The notes under the pieces: generated by a model
The model's database searches: none
The model's input: only the letters and a program-made list of their open reading frames with translations
What the model was told of the DNA's origin: nothing
Shown: positions 25,647-38,935 of the stretch, in pieces
Position numbering within the stretch: position 1 is the first letter of the stretch
Layout: each line of letters begins with the position of its first letter
Assembly (NCBI RefSeq): GCF_032444005.1
Contig: NC_091289.1
Location: forward strand, 8,494,001-8,558,000
DNA from: Ranitomeya imitator
Lineage: Eukaryota
Direction of reading: 5' to 3'
Length of the DNA: 64,000 nt
Position numbers and translations under genes: made by a program

Positions 25647-28600
25647 TCACATGACGACGCAGCATCCGCACTTCTGAGGATAGTTCTCAGTATACACTTT
25701 GTTCTCTTTTCCGTATACAAAGTAATTATAGCGGTTCTCCCTCCACACGTACTCCACCTTGGTGAGTGGCAGCAATTGGATGCTGTGCCTCTGCAGGAAC
25801 AGGGAAAAGAATCATTAAACTTTGCACAGGTTCACCTCGCCCTCGGGTAAAGGATGGCCCCCCGCATGGACCCCGCCGCCCACCGCTGCCATGTTGTAAT
25901 CCCTATTAGTATCACAATTATTAATTTCCATTAGTAACGCACCTGTCTGAGCACCCGGCCGGTAGAAAAAAACTCGGTACGGTGCTGCTGCAAGGCAAAC
26001 TGGGAAGACTGGTTTATGGAAGGAACTGGAAAAGCAACGAGCGGAGACAACTGCAAGAAGGAAAGAGAAAGATCAAGATCCAATCTCTGTTTATTAATCT
26101 CCAATCACAAATACCTGCCCCTCCCTCCTTTATTAAATTCCATTTATTATCAAAATGAAGAAATTAATATCCTTGTAGATATCACCGAGCCTTCGCCGTG
26201 CTTCACTGTAGACATCACCGATCTGCAGTGACATTTTGTGATGTATTTGTTATAATATTGTTATTATTTGTGCCCAGTTATTTATAGTTTTCTTGTTTCA
26301 ATGGTTTATTGCCAAAAAAAAATCATGGCTGGGTCTCGGTGATGTCTACGGTGAATCATGGCGGGGGCTTGGTGATGTCTACGGTGAATCATGGCGGGGG
26401 CTTGGTGATGTCTACAGTGAACCACGGCAGAGGCTTGGTGATGTCAACAATGAATCATGGCGGGGGCTCGGTGATGTCTACAGTGAAACATTGTGGAGGC
26501 TTGATGATGTCTACAGTGAATCATGGTTGGGGCTCGGTGAAGTCTACAGTGAAGCATGGCGGGGGCTTGGTGATGTCTACAGTGAACCACGGCAGAGGCT
26601 TGGTCATGTCAACAATGAATCATGGCTGGGGCTCGGTGAAGTCTACAGTGAAGCATGGCGGGGGCTTGGTGATGTCTACAGTGAACCACGGCAGAGGCTT
26701 GGTCATGTCAACAATGAATCATGGCTGGGGCTCGGGATGTCTACAGTGAAACATGGTGGAGGCTTGATGATGTCTACAGTGAAGCATGGCGGGGTCTTGG
26801 CGATGTCTACAGTGAACCACAGCAAAGGCTTGGTGATGTCTACAGTGAATCATGGCTGGGGCTCGGTGATGTGTAAAGTGAAGCATGGTAAAGGCTTGGT
26901 GTTGTCTACAGTGAAGCATGGTGGGGGCTTTGTGATGTCTACGGTGAATCATGGCAGAGGCTTGGTGATGTCTACAGTGAAGCATGGCAGGGGCTTGGTG
27001 ATGTCTACAGTGAACATGGTGGAGGCTTGGTGATGTCTACAGTGAAGCATGGCTGGGGCTCGGTGATGTCTACAGTGAAGCATGGCTGGGGCTCGGTGAT
27101 GTCTACAGTGAAACTTGGTGATGTATCTGTTCATTTTTGGGTTATTCATCCATTTATCTTTCCAACATACATAACCATAGTTTTCTCACCAGCAATTTCT
27201 CATCCATGAATATTTTCTCTCCCGTCACCTTTTCGAACAGCTCAGTAGGAAAATCTGAATTGTGATCGGCTACAAACTCATAAATGTGATTTTTCCTGGA
27301 ATCAGAAGAGACAATATTATAATGACACAAAAATCACTCTTACCTCCTAACCTTCCAGTACTGGTGTATCCTTCACCCAGAGAGGAAGACTCCCCGGGGG
27401 CCGGCTTCGATATATGTAAATCCTCCACATCACTACAGATGGAGGATCCTGCCTGCTGCAGTGTGTGCAATTAGGGACGGGGACCTCCTGGAGGAGCTCA
27501 GGATCTATCTGGCACCTGTCTCCCACCCTCCCCTATTTAACTGGCTATGTAACAACAATGACAAATTTTCTAATTCTTTGAACTTTTTAAAAAATAAAAC
27601 TTCAGTGAAACCCAGAGTTCTCACCAGCCAATAGTAGTGATTAATGACTGCCTCTGTGGACGACCACTGCAGATTATAATAATTATTACTCCCGTCCTCA
27701 CCACGTGACGGTCAGCTGGATGAAGTTCAGGATCTGTCCGTGTCCAGAGCATCCCTCGCACCTCACGAATTTGCTGCTGTTACAGACCGTGCACCTGTGA
27801 TTGCGGGGATGGAGAGTTACTGACGGCCGGCACTTTATGTAGAGCATAGACATCGTACGTAACATTGACAAAGTAACAACTTTGCAAATAGTCTTTATAA
27901 ATATTGGATGTACACAGCTCCCCTGCAGAAGTATGGCCCTGATTTATTACTGCATGTGGCTTATTTTTTGTATCATTTTTCCTATTTTTCGCTTTGTTCT
28001 TTATCAAGTTACTTCTGTCTTGAAGTCGATTTTCTACTTATTCGTCTGTTTTTATCTCTGTTCATCATTGTGGACGCTGTTTTTGAAATCCAGATGTTTG
28101 CAGAAGATTCATGATTCCCCTTGGATGTGAATTAGGAGAGGACAGTGAAGTGGCCGTAGACTGGCCACAGGGTTCCTATGACATAATGTCAAGAGAGCTC
28201 CGGGAAGAGCCAAGTGCAGGCAGCGGAGGTGATCGCAGGTGTTATTATTTTACTGGGGGAAACATAGTTTTATCCTTCCCTTCTTTCCAGAGATATGGCT
28301 TTTTTTTATTCTTCTATCCCCATAGTCGTATCATGGCAATTTTTAGCGTAACAAGTTACAGGTTTTAATGACGCCATTCAATTTACCGTATAAAGCCGTT
28401 ATCAATGCCATATACCAGATGTGTTTTATTTTTTGCCAAAACGTTAAAATCACTTTACTGAAAAAAAAAAAATCTGTTTTTGCATTTGGATGAGCTACAG
28501 TCTTTATTGCTATTATTTGGGGTCACATACGATTTTTTTGATCACTTTTTATTCATTTTTTTTATGGCACTGCAGAAACTGAAACATTTTCTGATGATTT

Positions 28601-31600
28601 GTTGCAGCATTAAGCACACAGGATTAATAATAAGCTGATAGTTTTCAGATTCGGTTCCCTATGATACTAATATGAATATTACTTTTTGAAGAAAAAAATT
28701 GCCTTGAATGTTTTTTTTTCTTTACAGGTAAAGTAATTTTTTTAATATATATTTTAATGTGACAATTTTAGCCTCACTGTATGATTGTTTGTTCTTTATT
28801 GCAGTGTGTTATAATTATGGCACAGTCTTATGGATGTACTAAGATTTCTGACCTGGGAGCCTATATTCGGCCCCTCACCACCATAAAGACCATCTGTACC
28901 CCTTGTTTTCATAGTAAGGGTAGTAATCGAGTGACAGATACTGGTCCTTCCCTCTGTACCGAGGACACTTCCAGGGCCCTGGGGAAGGTTTTATGGAAGA
29001 GTCCTTGGGACTTAGAAAAAAATCAGAAAATTTCTGACTTTTGTGCAAAAATCACATTTCCCTTTCTCCCACCCCAGAGGGGCTTCAGTATGTGGTTGAG
29101 CCCCGCAAAAAAGTCTCCAAAGTGGGGGCGAAGTTTGGGTTTGATGGATGGAAAATGGCATCTAATGGGGTTAAACGGCCGGAATTAGAGGGGGCTGTGA
29201 TCGTGGCAGGTTGTCAGCCATAACTTGTAGCTGACAATTTTTGCCAATGTCACTGGCTCAGTGTTAAAGCTCCATATATCCCTACGGTGGAGCGTTTTCT
29301 TTAGAGCCTCCCTTTGTTCTGGGTCTTTCTATGACATCTGTGGGTCCCTGACATAACGTATGGGCAGGGGTTGTGCTTACGAGACCCCTGTGGGTAGTGC
29401 CGGTGATCTCTGACCGTTGGCCGATCCAACATGGGGCATTTAGCGAGAAGTGAAGTGGAGAACGGGCTTGGGCTAAAGGAGAAAAGGGGCACGGTGGGTC
29501 ATTTTTTTTGTTGTTCTGCCCGACTGTCCGCCAAGTCTCTTAATAGTCTTTGTACCTTCAAACAGGATGCCATCATGCTCTGAGACGTTCCACTCACCTT
29601 TCCGTTCCTCGTCCCCTGCAGTGATGACAAGTGTTCTCAAATTGGCTCCCTCTCCCATGACAAACCCAACACTGCACCTATAAGAGAGCAAAAAGTGACC
29701 CATGAATAATGGACGAGCCCCTGATATCAATGTATCACTCAACTTCAGGATGAGATCAAAATGCTTCTATCCAGCGGCAACAATGTAAATCACCAGAATT
29801 AGGAAATTCTAGGAAAATGTCATCTCTGTGCTGTGCACCCACAACATCCGGCATTTATCCTGTCACTTCCACAAAGACAATTAATAACAGATCTGTGGAG
29901 GGAAGTTACAGCATAAAACTCTCTGTAGACCTGACACAAGACTGTAAGCAGCAAAATCCATCTTGTGCATTTACTCGGTATAACTAATCTTATATTACAC
30001 AAAAATGGCAGAAACTGCTAAAGCAGCAAGTTCTATGTCCAGAGACAGGATGAAGGCAGAGGATGAAAACATTTTTCCTTATTGAAAGGTAGGTGGAGTC
30101 ATAACTGGCTCAGTGATCGTACTCAAAGAGTGCTAATAAATGGCTGCACATCCAATTGGAAGAGTGTTACAAGTGGGGACCACAAGGCTCTGTCCTGGCC
30201 CCAGTGATACAAGTGGGGACCACAAGGCACTGTCCTGGCCCCAGTGATACAAGTGGAGTACCACAAGGCTCTGTCCTGGCCCCAGTGATACAAGTGGAGT
30301 ACCACAAGGCTCTGTCCTGGCCCCAGTGATACAAGTGGGGACCACAAGGCTCTGTCCTGGCCCCAGTGTTACAAGTGGGGACCACAAGGCTCTGTCCTGG
30401 CCCCAGTGTTACAAGTGAGATACCACAAGGCTCTGTCCTGGCCCCAGTGATACAAGTGGGGTACCACAAGGCTCTGTCCTGGCCCCAGTGTTACAAGTGA
30501 GATACCACAAGGCTCTGTCCTGGCCCCAGTGATACAAGTGGGGACCACAAGGCTCTGTCCTGGCCCCAGTGTTACAAGTGATGTACCACAAGGCTCTGTC
30601 CTGGCCCCAGTGTTACAAGTGGGGACCACAAGGCTCTGTCCTGGCCCCAGTGTTACAAGTGGGGACCACAAGGCTCTGTCCTGGCCTCAGTGTTACAAGT
30701 GGGGACCACAAGGCTCTGTCCTGGCCTCAGTGTTACAAGTGGGGACCACAAGGCTCTGTCCTGGCCCCAGTGTTACAAGTGGGGACCACAAGGTGCTGTC
30801 CTGGCCCCAGTGTTACAAGTGATGTACCACAAGGCTCTGTCCTGGCCCCAGTGTTACAAGTGGGGTACCACAAGGCTCTGTCCTGGCCCCAGTGTTACAT
30901 GTGGGGACCACGAGGCTCTGTCCTGGCCCTAGTGTTACATGTGGGGTACCACAAGTCTCTGTTCTGGCCCCAGTGTTACAAGTGGGGACCACAAGGCTTT
31001 GTCCTGGCACCAGTTTTACAAGTGGGCACCACAAAGCTCTGACCTGGCCCCAGTGTTACAAGTGGGGACCACAAGGCTCTGTCCTGGCCCCAGTGTTACA
31101 GGTGGGGGACCACAAGGCTTTGTCCTGGCACCAGTTTTACAAGTGGGCACCACAAAGCTCTGACCTGGCCCCAGTGTTACAAGTGGGGACCACAAGGCTC
31201 TGTCCTGGCCCCAGTGTTACAGGTGGGGTACCACAAGGCTCTGTCCTGGCCCCAGTGTTACAAGTGGGGTACCACAAGGCTCTGTCCTGGCCCCAGTGTT
31301 ACAAGTGGGGTACCACAAGGCTTTGTCCTGGCCAAAGTATTACATGTGGGGTCTACAAGGCTCTGTCCTGGCCAAAGTATTACAAGTGAGATACCACAAG
31401 GCTCTGTCCTGGGCCCAGTGTTATAAGTGGGGACCACAAGGCTCTGTCCTGGCCCCAGTGTTATAAGTGGGGACCACAAGGCCCTGTCCTGGCCCCAGTG
31501 TTACATGTTGGGTACCACAAGGCTCTGTCCTGGCCCCAGTGTTACATGTGGGGTACCACACAAGGTTCTGTCCTGGCCCTAGTGTTACAAGTGGGGATCA

Positions 31601-34600
31601 CAAGGCTCTGTCCTGGCCCCAGTTTTACAAGTGGGCACCACAAAGCTCTGACCTGGCCCCAGTGTTACAAGTGGGGACCACAAGGCTCTGTCTTGGCCCC
31701 AGTGTTACAAGTGGGGCACCACAAGGCTCTGTCCTGGCACCAGTGTTACAAGTGGGGACCACAAAGATCTGTCCTGGCCCCAGTGTTACATGTGGGGTCT
31801 ACAAGGCTCTGTCCTGGCCCCAGTGTTGTTCAACATTTTTATAAATTATCAAGATAAGGGAACTGAAGGTAAACTGATAAAATCTGCAGATGATGTTAAG
31901 GTACCGTCTCACAGTGGCACTTTGGTCGCTACGACGGCACGATCCGTGACGCTCCAGCATCGCTCCAATATCGCTCCAGCGTCGTAGACTGCGGTCACAC
32001 TTCGCAATGCACGACGCTGGAGCGATAACTTCACGACGTATTTGCGATGTAGAAGCTGTTGGTTACTATGCGCACATCGTATACAATATCGTGCACACCT
32101 TTGTTACACCATGCGATCATGCCGCCACAGCGGGACACTAGACGACGAAAGAAAGTTTCAAACGATCTGCTACGACGTACGATTCTCAGCGGGGTCCCTG
32201 ATCGCAGGAGTGTGTCAGACACTGCGAGATCGTAAGGATATCGCTGGAACGTCACGAATCGTGCCGTCGTAGCGATCAAAATGCCACTGTGTGACGGTAC
32301 CCTTAGTTAAGGAGGGATAGCTAACACCAGAGAAAGGATTCAGAAGGATCTAGATAAGCTTGAACAATGGGCAGCGACTAATAGAATGGTATTTAACAGG
32401 GTGAAATGCCAGATTCTACATCTGGGCAAGAAAAACAAAAATGACATCTACAGAATGGGAGGAATAGAACTAAGCAGCAGGACGTGTGAAAAAGACTCGG
32501 GTATACTAATAGATCACAGAATGCACATGAGTCAACAGTGTGATGCAGCAGCAAAAAAAGGCAAACCCAGTTTTAGGATGTATTAAGAGAAGTATAGAGT
32601 CTGGATCACATGAAGTAATTATCCCCCTCCACTCCTCCTTTGTCAGGCCTCATCTATATACTGTGTCCAGTTCTGGACTCACATTGTAAAAAATACATTG
32701 AAAAAAATGGAGCAAGTTCAGAGAAGAGCGATCAGGATGGTGAGTGGACTGTAAAGTATGTCCTACGAGGAACGATTATAGGATCTGGGAAGGTTTAGTT
32801 GCAAAAAAGAAGACTGAGAGGAGACTTATTAGGTGACTACAAATATCTGAAGGGATTTCACCGTGTAGAGGGGTCATCATCATTATTCTCATTTGCACAT
32901 GGAAACACGAGAAGCAATGGTAGGAAACTGAAAGGGAGAAGATACAGATTAGAAATTAGAAGAAACCTTTTGATAGTGAGGGTGATCAATGAGTGGAACA
33001 GACGGTCAAGAGAGGTGGTGAGTTCTCCTTCAATGGAAGTCTGGACAGACATCTGTCTGAGATGGTTTAGTGACTCCTGCATTGAGCAGGGGGTTGGACA
33101 CGAGGACCCCGGAGATCCCTTCCAACTCTCACATTCTTTGGTTTTATGACTTTTCCCATCATCTGTCCATAAATTTCCACCAGATTCAATGATTCCTACA
33201 GTTTCACACCAGGTCAAACATTATCCAGCTCAGCATCGCAGAAGAGGCAAGGGTCACATCCAGAGGAGCGGAGGGTCTAAAGTCAGCGGATGATGTGACT
33301 TCCTGTAAGAAAATAACATATTCTTCATACTGAGCACTTACCCCTCCGGTCCCGTGACATTTCTTGCAGACGGTTCTGCAGGTTCCTAGACACTGGGGAC
33401 AAGTCTGAAACAACAGAGGGACGATTGTCTCTTATTATTATGCAGAGCTGAAAAATTAAATCTAATGCAGAAACATAATGGAGACCCCCAAGATGACGTC
33501 TGAGCACAGGGACAGTATTTATTCGTTCCTCCACCTATTTCATGAGCAATAACTTTTTTATTTTGCCTTTGATGTAGCGGTGTGGGGGTCTTTTTTTCCT
33601 GCGGGCCGAGCTCTAGTTTTTATTGCTGCCATTGTGGGGACTCTGCAACATTTGCTTTTTTGGGGATAGGTGCAGCAGGTTCCGTGGTGAGGAAGGGTCT
33701 TCGCTCCCATAAATTGGCAGCTTACCTTCAAGGAAGACGTATGAGGGACGGGCATCTTAGTTTCTCCATCTTTGAATAAAGCTGGGATGTTGATGGGGAT
33801 ATCCCACGGCTGAGGGGGGACCCCAAAAAGTGCAGAGTCCACAGGCTGACCTGTCAGCAAGGACAAAAGAAATGAAATGTTGCAGTTTATTGGGAGTTTT
33901 CTGTTGCACAATTAACAGTAAATCACTGAAGCCTTTACTCAGAGGGAGAGAATAGTCGCCATTTTCCATTCCCCTGACGGGCACGTGTGGTTGGCACTAA
34001 CTACTTAAACCTTCCGATCTGTCACCAGGGTCTGGAGCTAGCTGGATTCATAAAATGGAAAAACGCAAAAAAAAAATGTTACAGCCATGCTTCACAGGAT
34101 CCTAAAGTCAGTACACCGACCTCGGCAGGTCTAAAACATCTTTTAATGTATGCAACTTTTATTGTGAAATCTGGTGATAGATTCCTTGTAAATGCACAAA
34201 ACACTGGAGGACGACGCACTGCAATAACGCAACAATGCCGGGAGACATGGTGGGAATGATGCAACTGGGACAGGACTTTGTACTAATCAGTACATTTACT
34301 GAGCATGGAAGGAAGCACGTGCAAACAGAAGAAAAAACCCCGAAATCCATGCAACAGGAAGAAAACACCAAAAATCCATGAAACAGAAGCAAAACACCAA
34401 AAATCCATGTAAACAGAAGGAAAACACCAACAATCCATGTAAACAGAAGGAAAACACCAAAAATCCATGAAACAGAAGGAAAACAAAAAATCCATGCAAA
34501 CAGAAGGAAAACACCAGAAATCCATGCAAACAGAAGGAAAACACCAGAAATCCATGCAAACGGAAGGAAAACACCAGAAATCCATGCAAACGGAAGGAAA

Positions 34601-37600
34601 ACACCAGAAATCCATGCAAACGGAAGGAAAACACCAGAAATCCATGCAAACAGAAGGAAAATATCAAAAGTCCAAGCAACAGAAGGAAAACACCAAAAAT
34701 CCATGAAACAGAAGGAAAACACAAAAAATCCAAGCAACAGAAGGAAAACACCAAAAATCCATGCAAACAGAAGGAAAACACCCAAAATCCATGCAAACAG
34801 AAGGAAAACACCAAAAATCCATGATACAGAAGGAAAACACCCTCACTCCATGCAACAGAGGGAAAACACCAAAAATCCATGCAAACAGAAGGAAAACACC
34901 CAAAATCCATGCAAACAGAAGGAAAACACCCAAAATCCATGCAAACAGAAGGAAAACACCAAAAATCCATGCAAACAGAAGGAAAACACCCAAAATCCAT
35001 GCAAACAGAAGGAAAACACCCAAAATCCATGCAAACAGAAGGAAAACACCCAAAATCCATGCAAACAGAAGGAAAACACCCAAAATCCATGCAAACAGAA
35101 GGAAAACACCAAAAATCCATGCAAACAGAAGGAAAACACCCAAAATCCATGCAAACAGAAGGAAAACACCCAAAATCCATGCAAACAGAAGGAAAACACC
35201 AAAAATCCATGCAAACAGAAGGAAAACACCAAAAATCCATGCAACAGAAGGAAAACATCAAAAATCTATGCAACAGAAGGAAAACACCAGAAATCCATGC
35301 AAACAGAAGGAAAACACAAAAAAATCCATGTAAACAGAAGGAAAACACCAAAAATCCATGCAACAGAAGGAAAACATCAAAAATCCATGCAACAGAAGGA
35401 AAACACCAGAAATCCATGCAAACAGAAGGAAAACACAAAAAAATCCATGTAAACAGAAGGAAAACACCCAAAATCCATGCAACAGAAAGAAAACACCAAA
35501 AATCCATGCAACAGAAGGAAAACACCAAAAATCCATGCAACAGAAGGAAAACAACAAAAATCCATGCAACAGAAAGAAAACACCAAAAATCCATGCAAAC
35601 AGAAGGAAAACACCCTCACTCCATGCAAACTAAACACCCAGAATCCATGCAAGCAGGAGGAAGACCCCAAAGCCAATTTCAGAGAACCCTATGACTCCAG
35701 GACAATGCTGCGGCCCCTGAAGCCTAATTATACACTTCATTTATTGCATTTTAACCATAGGCAGCGCTGGCTTCTCCCCTCTTTTGCTCTAATTATACAC
35801 TGACCAGTGAAGGGCGCAGTCACCCAGTCGCACGCCCGCAATTCTGTGAAGGTCTCCAGTCGATACTAGACATAAATAATGAAGTGATATCAGACACATA
35901 TAGATCAGACGACAGATTATTGTAAAATGCGACTTCACCAAAAATAGAAATACAAAAAATAATACTGTAAAAGAGAGAAAATGCAAGAGAAGCAAAATAT
36001 ACAGCAGGACAAGATCTATGAAATGCGATCCTTTCCCTTTAAGGGGACGTATTCCGATGTGCATGATGGTGACGCACCCGGTACGTATTGAAAGCCTGCA
36101 GCTCCTGGAAGTCCATCTCCTCTGCGGGGCTGGAGCCGTAGCAGCATTTCCCGTTGGAATACTCCACCAGCGCTCGTCTCGCATCATCTTCTGAGATAGA
36201 CGGGATCCTGAAAATATGGAGACACCAAAGCGACCAGTGACCGGGGTACAGCTGCACAATGTATTACAGGGACGCTCCACTCGGACGGCGGGGATTGCTA
36301 TCAGTGTTTTTATTAGAGAAAAACTCTAATGGAAGGACTGCCACCTGCTCTGTGTTTTGGAGACTCTCAAATACTGATGGAAAATCCCTGCAGTCGGAAT
36401 GAGGCCTTACACTGCTATGTGCTATGGTCGGCGCAGGCTCTGCGGGGGCGGGCATGGCACAGAGATTGTCTCTGGGCGTGGCTTGTGTCATGCTCCACCC
36501 CCGAGGTACGATAGTAGACAAGATATTGGTCCTGCAACAAAAGGAAAGCGCCACGATGGAGTCCACCACTACTTCACGGGTCTGCAGTCTGCAGACCCCG
36601 CGTGTGCTCCATACTGATACATATATTACAGCAGAGGTTCTCTTACAACCAGTTGGTGCTCGCAGGTGTCGGCCCAACGTCAGGCATCGGTGGTGGAGGC
36701 AGCAATTTACCTGTGAACGGCAGAAAGTTCCACATTAGACCAATGGTGACGAGAATAATGTAATGGGAAGTTTGTTTTATATTTTTGTTTTCATGAAAAT
36801 AATTTTCATTCGATAATAAAAAGTTCTGCAACTTTGTAACAAGCTCCGTGCCACCATTCCACAGCTCTCTGCTTACTTTTGGTGTTCAGTCTTAGGCTAC
36901 ATTCACATGTTGCGTTTTTGATGCAGTTTTTTTCTGGACTCAAAACCTGCTCTTTTGGCAATAAAGAAGCTGCTTACAAAAAGGAGGCTTTGCTGCATTT
37001 TGGGGAGTTTTGTGGTGCAGATTACATGTGTCATTTGTCTACAGTACATGTCTAATAAAGTTAGTTTTATTCACCAAAAAAAGCAGCAAATCGCGACAAA
37101 AAAGGAGGGCTGCGCTTTTTCACAGCATTTTTGCACTTTCTCATTGCTTTCTATTTTGAAAAAAAAAACAAAAACAAAGCAAAAACGTAACAAAAATGGT
37201 GAAAGAATTTACATCCTCCAGATTTAAAAAAACAAAGTCAGCAGTTTTCCAATAAAGTCACAAAAAAAGCAACGTGTGCATGGGATTTCTGCATTCTTTG
37301 CGGGTTCTGTAAAAAGCTACTTTTAATTTGTATAAAAAAAGCAAAGCAAAAAAAAAAAACAGCAAAAACGCAACAATGTGAACATAGCTTTACTGAAAAT
37401 CTGTAGAGACTTAATACTTCTCACAGCTGAGGGTTTGTTACAATTGTATCCAGTCTGGACAATCCTCTAAGAGCAGCACACATCGCCCTCCGGTCCTGAG
37501 TTTGTTACAATGTATCACTGCAGGTAAATGGATCCGTTCAAGCTGCTTCCCTTACCGCCATGATGGCCGCTCATCCCTTCGTACCCCGGAATATTCGCCC

Positions 37601-38621
37601 AGTCAGAGGGTGGCGCTGTTGGACCTTCGATGATGACGGCAGGGTTAGTAAGTGAAGCCGCTTCTGACATCACTGCTGAAGCCAGAGCCGGGTTCATTGG
37701 CGCAGAAGTCTCTGGATAGTGCGATAATCCGGGGAGCAGAGGAGCCCGATCATAGTCTGAAGGAAATCGAGGGCGAAATCATTCACACAAAAAAAATCAA
37801 TATGGGGATGGAGTCATCGTCGGCGTCCTCCCTCTGTCCCTCCTCACGACCCCCAGATCAGACTACACACAGGTGGTTTGTAGTCTGTTACCATAGAGAC
37901 GCATAGCTCTGCATTGGAGCTGTGTGCACAAAAGATAAAATCGTATTTAAAAGTTGCTTAATATTTTTTTTTCTTTTCAATACAATAGTAAAATTGTAAG
38001 AATAGAGAAATGTATATTTTACAGTAGTGCTGTGAGGCGATTTTATCACAGTTTTGGAAAGACGTGGCAAAAAATGCAGCAGGATTGCATCATGTGAACA
38101 AGGCCTTACGGTTCCTGGAATGTGAATGTCTGATCGCCCCGTACATGATGCCGTTTACCTGCACGCGTGACTGTTAGCAGCATGATCTATGCCGAGTGCG
38201 GAGGATTGTTGCACCATTTTATACATGGGGGGGGGCACTATGACCGGACCGACGCTTCATGCATTCGCTTTTTCACTCTATTCCCCCATTTCATGGCTGT
38301 TTTGATGAGTCTTACAAAAAATTAGTGGCAACTGATATTGTCTGCTGAAGATTTGTTACAATGTGTCAGGCAATCCTCAGAACTGAACGAATCTCTCTCT
38401 TGCTCTAGATCTGATCTGATACATTGTAGCACGAGATTCCCAGTGCTGATGTGAGGGCAGGAGAAGCTCTGTGGGTGGAAGTAAGAATGTCCTCATTCAC
38501 TGACAGCAAACAGGGGTAAGAAAGTACGAGAGAACGTTAATCAGACTAGACGAGTCCCGTAATGTGTCGTACCTGGGTAATTGGGCTCGTACGGCGGCGC
38601 CATCGCTCCATACGTCGCCAT
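25647..38621 (-). CDS. SSUH2: SSUH2 homolog, paralog B (12 coding exons, 407 aa, ends CGCCVVM*)
   Basis: Exons: 38621-38573, 37756-37556, 36710-36647, 36207-36078, 35865-35805, 33850-33726, 33404-33342, 29677-29598, 27794-27702, 27295-27190, 26050-25943, 25790-25647. GT-AG introns, continuous phase, 1224 nt. Peptides include GPTAPPSDWANIPGYEG, IPSISEDDARRALVEYSNGKCCYG, YRLETFTE, QPWDIPI..VPHTSSLK, TCPQCLG..VQCWVCHGRG..CTVCN..CEGCSGHG, KNHIYEFV, RHSIQLLPLTKVEY. Confidence 0.93.
26330..27125. repeat. 33-bp minisatellite (ggtgatgtctacagtgaagcatggcgggggctt), about 24 copies, intron 10 of paralog B
   Basis: Period 33; one inverted copy at 26181-26220. Confidence 0.95.
30170..31828 (+). repeat. 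39-40-bp minisatellite (acaagtggggaccacaaggctctgtcctggccccagtgtt), about 42 copies, derived from CR1 RT coding sequence
   Basis: The unit translates to the VTSGVPQGSVL(G/A)P motif and is flanked collinearly by CR1 ORF2 sequence. Confidence 0.93.
31899..32302. mobile_element. PIF/Harbinger-type MITE nested in the CR1
   Basis: Long TIRs ggtaccgtctcacagtggcactttggtcgctacgacggcacgat / atcgtgccgtcgtagcgatcaaaatgccactgtgtgacggtacc; TTA on both flanks. Confidence 0.85.
34320..35660. repeat. 30-bp minisatellite (aaatccatgcaaacagaaggaaaacaccaa), about 44 copies, intron 5 of paralog B
   Basis: Exact 30-bp period at 34921-35220. Confidence 0.96.
36895..37389. mobile_element. Harbinger-type MITE (degenerate)
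   Basis: Ends ggctacattcacatgttgcg / cgcaacaatgtgaacatagc. Confidence 0.65.
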
Positions 38622-38796
38622 GCTTGGTGCTCTGGTTGACAAAAAGGAAATGGATTAATAAATAAAAAAAGAGTAAAAAAATGAAAGAATGAAGCAGATA
38701 AAACTATTGGCAGCGGTCAGTGATGGCGCAGAGGTGGCCCCTCTCCCTGGGAGACCCCGGCACTGTGGGAGGGGGGGTTCGGCCCAGACTTTTTAC

Positions 38797-38935
38797 CTGT
38801 GTCTTTAAGCTTCTCCTCCAGACGAGTTAGAACATAACATAATTTCCTGTCCTAGTTACGATAGAGCAGATTTTCACCATGTGACTGGGACGTTCCCCTC
38901 CGCCCTCCACTTTAATGCCTATCTATATAACGCTC
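38797..38935 (-). promoter_or_regulatory. candidate TATA-like promoter and non-coding first exon of paralog B
   Basis: Minus strand TTATATAGATAG near 38920-38932, followed by a CAG|GTAAAA donor at 38797/38796, about 165 nt upstream of the acceptor (38631) of the ATG exon. Confidence 0.3.

Larger units (their letters stand above)
30085..33141 (+). mobile_element. 5'-truncated, decayed CR1 LINE (RT C-terminal half and 3' end), interrupted by a minisatellite and a MITE; antisense in intron 7 of paralog B
   Basis: Translations WLSDRTQRVLING..VTSGVPQGSVL..LFNIFIN..KSADD, IQKDLDKLEQWA..MVFN..KC..LHLG, HMSQQCDAAAKK, NTRSNGRKL..R..INEWN; the 3' end ttccaactctcacattct is typical of CR1. Confidence 0.93.

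Noticed and set aside
26293-27209. ORFs containing STVKHGGG, resembling Tc1 transposase TVKHGGG
   Set aside because: This is the translation of the 33-bp tandem unit. The resemblance is noted, but no flanking transposase sequence supports a Tc1 origin
33200-33302. Strong acceptor-like site (ttttcttacag) after B exon 7
   Set aside because: No frame yields the expected Cys-rich exon 8; the true 80-nt exon is at 29677-29598
34159-35803. Long hydrophobic or basic ORFs (MDFWCFPSVC.., MQTEGKHQKS..)
   Set aside because: Artefacts of the 30-bp intronic minisatellite
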